Positions 16,272-23,521 of a stretch of 64,000 nt of DNA are shown piece by piece. The stretch covers positions 159,478-223,477 of the forward strand of contig JAZKBK010000005.1 of NCBI GenBank assembly GCA_040388625.1, in the 5' to 3' direction. The stretch's first letter is position 1. Each line of letters begins with the position of its first letter. The notes under the pieces were generated by a model. It was given only the letters and a program-made list of their open reading frames with translations, was not told where the DNA came from and did no database searches. This stretch comes from Gemmatimonadota bacterium (lineage in GTDB: Bacteria; Gemmatimonadota; Gemmatimonadetes; Gemmatimonadales; Gemmatimonadaceae). The position numbers and the translations under genes are program-made.

Positions 16272-17674
16272 CTCGATGCCTTCGTGATTGTGGGTTGCAC
16301 GCTCGCCGAGCCTATGCCTCTGAACGATGTGGCAAGCGCCACGCGTGCTATCTGACTCACGAACAGCGCTACGGCGGACGCTACCAGGATCGCTGCGATC
16401 CGGACCACTGGCGAAATGCCCGTTACGACACCTGTAACCATGCCGAGACTGCCGATAGCGAATAACGCGAGATCGATGTGCGCCACGAGCGGGGAATACA
16501 GCTCCGCCACGGTCGGAACACGCTTCTTTCCCATCTCGTTGCGGAAGCGTGCCATCCAGGCGAGGAACGGCACGATCTTGTAGAACTGCCCGATCACATA
16601 GAGTGTGAGGCCGCCGAGCAGGCCCAGCATCACGTAGGCAGTATCGAGTCGACGGTACTCCGGGCCTAAGGCCAGAACTACCGGAGCCAGTGCGGCAGTC
16701 GCCGCGAGAAAGATGAGAGCGGTGCCAGCATGTCGCAGTCCCGCGTCGAGTCGCGGCCGCTTGCGTGCTCTGAAAAAGAGCCACGCCTGTCGGAGAAAGC
16801 AGAATATTCCGCATTCAATCAACAGGAGCCCCAGCCACACGACGACGCTGGATCTGACGCTGTGGCCGACCAATATCCCCGGTGCCAGAAGCAGGACGCC
16901 AGCCGTGAGCAGCGTGAGTGCGCGAGCCGTCCATCTCGTATCGGCGCCGTGCGCCAGGAGAAACATCGGCAGGAGGCGATGTGATATACCGACGATCATC
17001 ACCAGAACCCATCCGATCAGCGCGACGTGGAGATGCGTCGCGAGCACGGTGACGCGCCAGTCGCCGAGGAATCCGGTGTGCAGATTCTGCGAGAGTATGG
17101 CACCAATGCCGAACGTCACGGTGAGAAACGAGAGTGCTATCACGATCGCACTCCATATCACGTCGCGATCGGCCACTCTGCGCAGCGACAGCGCGACATT
17201 TACGATGAGACACGTGACGCCGATCGCTATCAGCGTGATTCCGGAGTTGCGGAGCATCACCGAGCTGAATGCGACTCCGGACGCAAACAGTGCGACACCG
17301 GGCGCGAAGGCGCAGAAGCTGACGTGTCCGGCGCGCTCCGATCTGATCGATACACCGAGTGCGACTGGCAGCAGTTGGTACATCGCCCCGAAGATCGTCA
17401 TGCTGAGCCAGCCGAGCGTGAAGCAATGTGTCACGCCGGCGACATGCGGAGAGAGATACAGACCGGCGGCGAGCTCCGGCGCGATCCAGATGAGTCCGAT
17501 GCAGCCTGTGCACAGGAAGAGCAGCGCGGCCGCGAAGTGCTCGCCGGGAAGGCGTAGCGACGGAGCGCCTTCCATTGCGAGCGCCGCCATCCCTGGCGCA
17601 CGTGGTGGTGCTGACCGCGCGGACCAGGCTGGAGCGCGCGCCGCGATGCGCGGTACCGGTGGAGCGGCACTCAC
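16268..17674 (-). CDS. 12-TM integral membrane protein built from three 4-TM repeats, with NnrS-like / haem-copper-oxidase-like His motifs (family uncertain)
   Basis: 468 aa with about 12 hydrophobic helices. Motifs are VTHCFTLGWLSMTIFGAMYQLLP, THLHVALIGWVLVMIVGISHRLLP and YVMLGLLGGLTLYVIGQFYKIVP. The GTG start overlaps the mrp stop as GTGA. Confidence 0.8.
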   Translation of the reverse strand: MSAAPPVPRIAARAPAWSARSAPPRAPGMAALAMEGAPSLRLPGEHFAAALLFLCTGCIGLIWIAPELAAGLYLSPHVAGVTHCFTLGWLSMTIFGAMYQLLPVALGVSIRSERAGHVSFCAFAPGVALFASGVAFSSVMLRNSGITLIAIGVTCLIVNVALSLRRVADRDVIWSAIVIALSFLTVTFGIGAILSQNLHTGFLGDWRVTVLATHLHVALIGWVLVMIVGISHRLLPMFLLAHGADTRWTARALTLLTAGVLLLAPGILVGHSVRSSVVVWLGLLLIECGIFCFLRQAWLFFRARKRPRLDAGLRHAGTALIFLAATAALAPVVLALGPEYRRLDTAYVMLGLLGGLTLYVIGQFYKIVPFLAWMARFRNEMGKKRVPTVAELYSPLVAHIDLALFAIGSLGMVTGVVTGISPVVRIAAILVASAVALFVSQIARVALATSFRGIGSASVQPTITKASR

Positions 17675-18783
17675 TCTGCGACTGCCTCGCCTTGCGCGAG
17701 CTGCCAGCCAAGCGCGTTGACGACTCTGTGCGCGATCGCGTCGAAGCTTCTGGCGAACTCGCTGTCGCCTCGCGTGATTACAGTCGGAGTGCCTGCGTCT
17801 CCCTCGCCCACCGCCAGTGCATCGAATGGGACTGTTCCGAGCAGCGGCACGTTCAGCGCGGTCGCGACGATGTTACCGCCGCCGCTGCCAAACGCGCCTG
17901 ACATGTTTTCCACGACGCCCAGTACGGGCACATCCAGCTTCGCGAACATGTCTCCCGCCTTCTGCGCCTCGACAGCTGCGAGCCGTTGCGGTTGCGTGAC
18001 AACGATTGCACCGGATACTTCGACGGCCTGCACGAGACTGAGCGGAATGTCGCCCGTGCCCGGCGGCAGATCGACGACGAGTACGTCGAGCTGCGGCCAT
18101 TCCACTCCACGCGCGAACTGCTTCACCGCCTTCGATACCATGGGGCCGCGCCAGATCGCCGGCGACCCCTCGCCCAGGAAGAAACCAAAGCTGATGAGCG
18201 TGAGTCCCAGCACCTCGACCGGAATTATGTGCTTGTCGGCGGTCACGCGAACCTGTTGCGCGCCGTTCTCGATTCCGAGCAGGATCGGCACACTGGGGCC
18301 GTAGATATCGGCGTCGAGAAGGCCGACCACGAATCCCGCGCGAACGAGCGCAAGGGCAAGGCTGACTGCGACCGTACTCTTTCCAACGCCGCCCTTTCCC
18401 GCGCCGACGGCGATGATGTCGCGGACGTTGCTCAGTCTGACGCGGTCCGCCCATGGGTCCGGTACTCCGGCGCGAGCGTGTCCGGAGTCAGGAGCGTGCG
18501 GAACTGGCCTGGTCGGTGGATCCGGTTTGACTATCTCGACCGTGACGAGTGTCGCGCCCATTGCGGAGAGGCGATCCCGGACCGCGACGCTGAGCCGCTC
18601 GGGGATGGACTCGTCCGTGGTGCGGAGCCCCAGCTGAACCTTGACCTGGGTCCCGCACACGGAGACGTGCTTCACCATCCCGAACGACACGACATCGCGC
18701 GTCAGCCCGGGGTAGTGAACGTCTCCGAGCGCGCTGCGTACCTTATCAACGTCGAGCTCGATATCTGGCTCAGCTGTTGCCAT
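17671..18783 (-). CDS. mrp: Mrp/ApbC/NBP35-family Fe-S cluster carrier ATPase with N-terminal DUF59 domain
   Basis: IIAVGAGKGGVGKSTVAVSLALAL deviant Walker A, an N-terminal VHYPGLTRDVVSFGMV segment, and CPxC-less Mrp architecture. 370 aa. Confidence 0.88.
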   Translation of the reverse strand: MATAEPDIELDVDKVRSALGDVHYPGLTRDVVSFGMVKHVSVCGTQVKVQLGLRTTDESIPERLSVAVRDRLSAMGATLVTVEIVKPDPPTRPVPHAPDSGHARAGVPDPWADRVRLSNVRDIIAVGAGKGGVGKSTVAVSLALALVRAGFVVGLLDADIYGPSVPILLGIENGAQQVRVTADKHIIPVEVLGLTLISFGFFLGEGSPAIWRGPMVSKAVKQFARGVEWPQLDVLVVDLPPGTGDIPLSLVQAVEVSGAIVVTQPQRLAAVEAQKAGDMFAKLDVPVLGVVENMSGAFGSGGGNIVATALNVPLLGTVPFDALAVGEGDAGTPTVITRGDSEFARSFDAIAHRVVNALGWQLAQGEAVAE

Positions 18784-18844
18784 GCCAGCACGCTAGCTTG
18801 ACTCCATCTGGCGAGGTGTGACGGATGTCTCAGGAAGACGAGCG

Positions 18845-20071
18845 ATGAGCGATCATGTAGTTGGTTCTGCAGCCCGCGCGAGGGTTCTGCACGAAACGCT
18901 GGCGACACAGTTTCCAGCGTCATTGTTCCAGTTCGATGCGCGAATGGCGGACGGATACTACTCCGACCGCTATTTCGTTCTGACCGCGAAGACCATATCG
19001 CACGCCGGGCTCGATCCGATTGTCACCATGCAGGTGTTTGCAAAACAACAGGGGATCCTTGCTGGCGTTTACGAAGCGCTTCGAATACTGCAGACTCAGC
19101 TCGCGATCAATCCGCGTACCGGAGTTCGCTACGACTTCGCCGAGCTCACGATCGATACGCTCGTGGATGGCGACGTCGTCGTTCCGTGGGAGCCGGTCAT
19201 GCACATCACCGGTCCCTACCTTGCGTTCGCGCATCTGGAAACCGATTACCTGGGCGTGATCGCAAGGCGCACATTGATCGCAACCAACGTGCGACGTGTC
19301 ATCGACGCTGCCAACGGTAAGCCTGTCATCTTCATGGGTGCCCGGCACGACGACTGGCGCGTGCAGACCGCGGACGGATTCGCGGCGAAGATTGGTGGCA
19401 TCGCCAGCGTCTCCACGGATGCGAATGGCGCGTGGTGGGGCGGTGGTGGCGTCGGCACGATGCCACACTCGATGATCGCGTCGTTTGGTGGCGACGTGGT
19501 GCGCGCGACACTTCAATTCGCACGATACTGTCGCGAAGCAGCGCTGAACATCGACGTCGTGAGTCTTACCGATTATCACAACGATGTGATCGGCGACTCG
19601 CTCGCAGTCGCGCGCGCAATGCGCGATGAGTTTGGCGACGGCGCGCTTTGGGGTGTGCGCGTCGATACGAGTGAGAAGCTCGTCGACAGGTCGCTCGAGG
19701 CGCAGGCGATGCGCTTTCCGGAACGACGGCTCAATGGAGTGTGCCCGGAGCTGATCGTTCTGCTGCGGTCGGCGCTCGATGCCGAAGGGTTCCGGTACGT
19801 CAGGATCGGCGTGTCCGGCGGATTCCACGGGCGGAAGATCGAGCGCTTCGAGACGGACCATGTTCCCGTGGACTTCTACGGGGTGGGGAGCTCCCTCCTT
19901 GGTCACAATAACGGTGATATCGACGGCCTCGCGAACAACTTCGACTTCACCGCGGACGTAGTTCGCCTCGATGGGAACGCCGAGAGCAAGGTGGGCAGGG
20001 AGGAACGCGGCAACGCGAGGTTCATACGGGTGGATCACGACCGGCTCGAGCGCACAACTGCCGCGCGATGA
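18845..20071 (+). CDS. nicotinate/nicotinamide phosphoribosyltransferase family protein
   Basis: ADGYYSDRYF..., GILAGVYEA..., GTMPHSMI and VRVDTS motifs of type II PRTases. A GTG at 18818 is an alternative start. Confidence 0.75.
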   Translation: MSDHVVGSAARARVLHETLATQFPASLFQFDARMADGYYSDRYFVLTAKTISHAGLDPIVTMQVFAKQQGILAGVYEALRILQTQLAINPRTGVRYDFAELTIDTLVDGDVVVPWEPVMHITGPYLAFAHLETDYLGVIARRTLIATNVRRVIDAANGKPVIFMGARHDDWRVQTADGFAAKIGGIASVSTDANGAWWGGGGVGTMPHSMIASFGGDVVRATLQFARYCREAALNIDVVSLTDYHNDVIGDSLAVARAMRDEFGDGALWGVRVDTSEKLVDRSLEAQAMRFPERRLNGVCPELIVLLRSALDAEGFRYVRIGVSGGFHGRKIERFETDHVPVDFYGVGSSLLGHNNGDIDGLANNFDFTADVVRLDGNAESKVGREERGNARFIRVDHDRLERTTAAR

Positions 20072-20143
20072 AGGCCGCTTCAGCTTGCATGTAGTCACAC
20101 CGCCCCGCAGATTGCGCGCGATGATACCGGTCGAGGTTGGATA

Positions 20144-20740
20144 GTGACAGTCTGCCTGTGGCTCACGGCGCATGGGTCCAGTTGCCTGGAGGCTGTCGCG
20201 GTCATCTTTGGTATCATCAGCGTCTACCTCGGCACGCGCGAGAATATCTGGAGCTGGCCAACTGCGCTCGTCAACGTGGCGCTCTTCTTTGCGCTCTTCC
20301 TCGAGTCCGGTCTGTACTCGGATACGGGGCTGCAGGTAGTCTATTTCGTCCTGTCACTGTACGGGTGGTACGAATGGCTGTACGGTGGTGCCGGTCGTAC
20401 TGCGATCACTGTAACGCGCACGTCGCGAAGGACGTGGACCGTGCTGGCCGGAATCGGCGTCGTGGTATGGGCGTTGCTCGGAACCATCACGTCCCGGCTG
20501 CCGGGAACAGCACTGCCGTACGTCGACGCCGCGACCACGACTGTGAGTCTGCTGGCTCAGTGGATGATGACCCGCAAGCTCATCGAGAACTGGTTGATCT
20601 GGATTGCCGTCGATGTGGTGTACGTCGGCATGTTCATCTATAAGGGGCTGTATCTCACCGCATTCAATTATGGGATCTATCTCGTCCTGGCGGTGATGGG
20701 CTACTTCGCATGGAAACGATCGCTCGCGGCGACGGCTTGA
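20144..20740 (+). CDS. pnuC: PnuC-family transporter (nicotinamide riboside or related vitamin)
   Basis: About 7 TM helices. TRENIWSWPTALVNVALFF...GWYEW...WIAVDVVYVGMF is the typical PnuC pattern. Confidence 0.8.
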   Translation: MTVCLWLTAHGSSCLEAVAVIFGIISVYLGTRENIWSWPTALVNVALFFALFLESGLYSDTGLQVVYFVLSLYGWYEWLYGGAGRTAITVTRTSRRTWTVLAGIGVVVWALLGTITSRLPGTALPYVDAATTTVSLLAQWMMTRKLIENWLIWIAVDVVYVGMFIYKGLYLTAFNYGIYLVLAVMGYFAWKRSLAATA

Positions 20741-21249
20741 TCCGGGTTGTTCTGATCGGATCGGAATCCACTGGCAAAACTGAGCTTGCCAGGGAGCTAG
20801 CCGAGCACTATCGCGCCGAGCTGGTGCCCGAGTTCGTGCGCGATTTTGCCGTGCGGAAAGCATCTCCGATCGAGCTTGCTGATACCGACGCAATCGCGCA
20901 CGGACAGATGGCGCTCGAAGATGAGCACGCAAAGCGGGCAACGCGGCTGTTGATACAGGATACAGATCTGCTCAGTACTGTCGTATATAGTGGGCACTAT
21001 TACGGAAAGTGTCCGGCGTGGATTGCCGCCGCTGCACACGAGCGCAGGCCGGACCTGTACCTTCTGCTCGAGATCGACGTACCGTGGGTACCGGACGATG
21101 TGCGGGATCGGGGAACACGCCGCAAAGAGATGCAGCAGCTCTTCCGCGACGCGGTCGCCAGATCCGGGTCGGCCTACGTCGTGATCGAGGGGACGTGGGA
21201 GCAGCGATCACTGCGCGCGCGCGCTGCGATCGATCGGTTGCTCGCGTAG
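20737..21249 (+). CDS. NadR-type ribosylnicotinamide kinase-like P-loop protein (kinase domain only)
   Basis: VVLIGSESTGKTELARELA P-loop. TTG 20737 overlaps the pnuC stop as TTGA; ATG 20710 is the alternative start. Confidence 0.7.
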   Translation: MIRVVLIGSESTGKTELARELAEHYRAELVPEFVRDFAVRKASPIELADTDAIAHGQMALEDEHAKRATRLLIQDTDLLSTVVYSGHYYGKCPAWIAAAAHERRPDLYLLLEIDVPWVPDDVRDRGTRRKEMQQLFRDAVARSGSAYVVIEGTWEQRSLRARAAIDRLLA

Positions 21250-21281
21250 CGTTCGGTAACGCCTGTACTACGCGAGCAACC
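21236..21281. terminator. bidirectional hairpin between convergent genes
   Basis: Perfect 14-bp inverted repeat GGTTGCTCGCGTAG / CTACGCGAGCAACC with an 18-nt loop. It spans the kinase stop codon, 9 nt before the receptor stop. Confidence 0.55.
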
Positions 21282-21289
21282 ACGCCTGG

Positions 21290-23383
21290 TCAGATCCCGA
21301 CTTTCAGTGTGACGAATACGTTGCGGGGCGGAAGCACGAAGTAGTACGACACCCCTTCACTCGCATATCCACTTCCGTACTTCTTGCTGTTCGTGAGGTT
21401 GTTGCCGCGAACGAGCAACTCCGCCTGACCGATTCGCCAGCCGATCGACGCATCCAGGTCAGCAGACTCCGGCAGGACATATCTGCGATCGCTCGTGTTC
21501 GCCAGGAATGAGACGCTCTGATATCTACCCTGCACGGCGAGATCGATCGACGGCGTCAGCGCGAACTGCGCGCGCGCGAAGCTCAGGAAGCGCGGCGTGA
21601 GCAACGGCTCGACGTTATGGTAGGTTACCGGCACATTGCCCGACGAATCGGTGTATTCGCGGATCCGGTTCATGCTTTCCGTCGCGTTACCGGAAAGTAT
21701 CCAGCGCGGAAGTCCGCGATAGGTGACGTCGGTCTCGATACCGCGACGGTAGCTCGATGCGACGTTCTTGTTCAAAGGGCTTCCGATGTAGCTGAGTGCG
21801 CCAATCGGTGCGATCTCGTTGCGGAAGTCCATCGAGTAGAGGTTGGCCTGGACATCCAGCGTCGCGCTGCGGTAGTTCGTGCCGATCTCGACGTCGTGAA
21901 CCGTTTCCGGTTTCACGCGACTCAGGCTGCCGACGAATCCGACACTGGACGTGTCCAGATTATCGAAACCGGCGAACATGTCGGTACGCGTCGGCTCGCG
22001 CGAATTCTTGCCGTACGACGCGTACACGGAAAGCGGACGCGTGAGCTGGTATGTAGCACCCACCTTCGGATTCAGGAACGACCATGAGGTCGAGCTGCCC
22101 GGTATGTCGGCATGAACGTCCGGCCTGTACCTGAACTCGGCGTGCCGTGCCTGAAGATCTCCGAATAGAGTTGCGCGGCCCAGGGTATATCCAACCTTGG
22201 CGAAACCAGCCAGATCATGCTTGTAGCTCGTATTGAAGTACAACGGATTGCTGAGATCAGGATGCATGAATGCGTAGTGATCGCGCGCGTAGCTGTCACC
22301 GTTGGCTCCGACGTCGAGCTTGAATCCCGAGAGATGATAACTCCATGCGCCGGTGAAACCGTACGACACGAAGTCGAGGTGCAACGTTTCGAGCGAGTCC
22401 AGAAGGACGTCGTAATCGCCCGTGGCAGCCAACCTGTAAATCGTCCCTGTGAAGGACGAGTTGGAGTTGACCAGATGGGTGTACGACAGGGCCGCCAGTC
22501 GCTCACCGAAGCCGTCGCGTTCCTGCGGGGAGAGCGGATTGATGCGGCGATTGGTGTCCAAGTCGGCTTTTGGAACGGCGAGGTAAGCCATGGTGTCTCG
22601 CATGTAGCCGGCCGTGACTGTGAATTTCAGAATGTCCCTGTCGCCAAAGTAGCCGCCACTCAGAAAGCCGGAAGCGCCATTGACCCCGGAGTGATACCGG
22701 TATCCGTCGGTCTTCAGCTGCGAGACGCGTCCGTAGAAGGCAAGATGGTGCGGTAGCAGACCTGTGTTGTAGTTCGCGCTGGCCCGCAATGAACCGAACG
22801 ATCCGGCCTCTGCCTGGAGCGTGCCGGACCGCGGCGCAGCGGCGAGCGACATCGTTTCCATGTTGATGGAGCCAGCGTACGAAGCTGTACCGTTGCTGCT
22901 GGTTCCGACGCCTCGCTGCACCTGTATGGACTGCAGACTGTTCGCGAGATCGGGAAAGTCTGCGAAGTAGAGAACCTGATCTTCCGGATCGTTGAGCGGG
23001 ATACCGTCCAGAGTGATGTTGATTCGCGACTGATCGATGCCGCGCAACCGGATGTAACTGTAGCCCCAGTAGTTGCCCGTTTCGGCATACGACGTGAGCG
23101 ACGGAGTAGCGCCCTGCAGCACGAGCGGAATGTCCTGCCCGAAATAGTGCTGCTGGATGTCGCTGCGCGACAGTGTTTTCTGCGAGATTGGCGCGTCGGG
23201 TTCTCTGACCGCCGAGATCATCACGCGCTCGAGCTTCCGGGCCGAATCGGCGCGGGACGTCGTATCTCGTTTTGTGTTCTGGGCCGTGAGCGGCGCCGTG
23301 GCCGCAAGCGTGATGAGGATTGACGTCGCAAAGGCAAACGTCGTGACGCGCCTGTAGCGCGGGGGTGTAGCAACTCCATTCAT
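21290..23383 (-). CDS. TonB-dependent outer-membrane receptor (probable thiamine/precursor uptake)
   Basis: 697 aa with signal peptide, plug region and long beta-barrel with a Y/F/G/N-rich pattern. It lies immediately downstream of the TPP riboswitch. Confidence 0.85.
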   Translation of the reverse strand: MNGVATPPRYRRVTTFAFATSILITLAATAPLTAQNTKRDTTSRADSARKLERVMISAVREPDAPISQKTLSRSDIQQHYFGQDIPLVLQGATPSLTSYAETGNYWGYSYIRLRGIDQSRINITLDGIPLNDPEDQVLYFADFPDLANSLQSIQVQRGVGTSSNGTASYAGSINMETMSLAAAPRSGTLQAEAGSFGSLRASANYNTGLLPHHLAFYGRVSQLKTDGYRYHSGVNGASGFLSGGYFGDRDILKFTVTAGYMRDTMAYLAVPKADLDTNRRINPLSPQERDGFGERLAALSYTHLVNSNSSFTGTIYRLAATGDYDVLLDSLETLHLDFVSYGFTGAWSYHLSGFKLDVGANGDSYARDHYAFMHPDLSNPLYFNTSYKHDLAGFAKVGYTLGRATLFGDLQARHAEFRYRPDVHADIPGSSTSWSFLNPKVGATYQLTRPLSVYASYGKNSREPTRTDMFAGFDNLDTSSVGFVGSLSRVKPETVHDVEIGTNYRSATLDVQANLYSMDFRNEIAPIGALSYIGSPLNKNVASSYRRGIETDVTYRGLPRWILSGNATESMNRIREYTDSSGNVPVTYHNVEPLLTPRFLSFARAQFALTPSIDLAVQGRYQSVSFLANTSDRRYVLPESADLDASIGWRIGQAELLVRGNNLTNSKKYGSGYASEGVSYYFVLPPRNVFVTLKVGI

Positions 23384-23390
23384 TTCACTG

Positions 23391-23470
23391 ACTCCCTACG
23401 CCGGTACAAACCGGATCAGGTTCTACGGGACTCTCTCAGCCTGCGCCCTTCGTGGGCAGGCACCCCGGTC
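23391..23470 (-). promoter_or_regulatory. TPP riboswitch (THI element)
   Basis: Minus strand reads CCGGGGUGCCUGCCCACGAAGGGCGCAGGCUGAGAGAGUCCCGUAGAACCUGAUCCGGUUUGUACCGGCGUAGGGAGUCAGUG. It contains the conserved GGGGUGC, CUGAGA and ACCUGAUCCGG...ACCGGCGUAGGGA blocks and ends about 8 nt before the receptor ATG. Confidence 0.9.
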
Positions 23471-23521
23471 AATGGATCAATTTATCGAGCTATGCGTGAC
23501 GGCGCCACGCTCTTGCGCGGA

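Noticed and set aside
16272-16814. N-terminal 181-aa extension of ORF 15390..16814
   Set aside because: The extension overlaps the 3' part of the 12-TM gene in another frame and is Arg/Gly-rich. ATG 16271 gives an ATGA stop/start overlap and a sensible domain start.
18920-20173. 417-aa - strand ORF
   Set aside because: It is an antisense shadow of the phosphoribosyltransferase gene. Its composition is Arg/His-rich and it has no domain signature.
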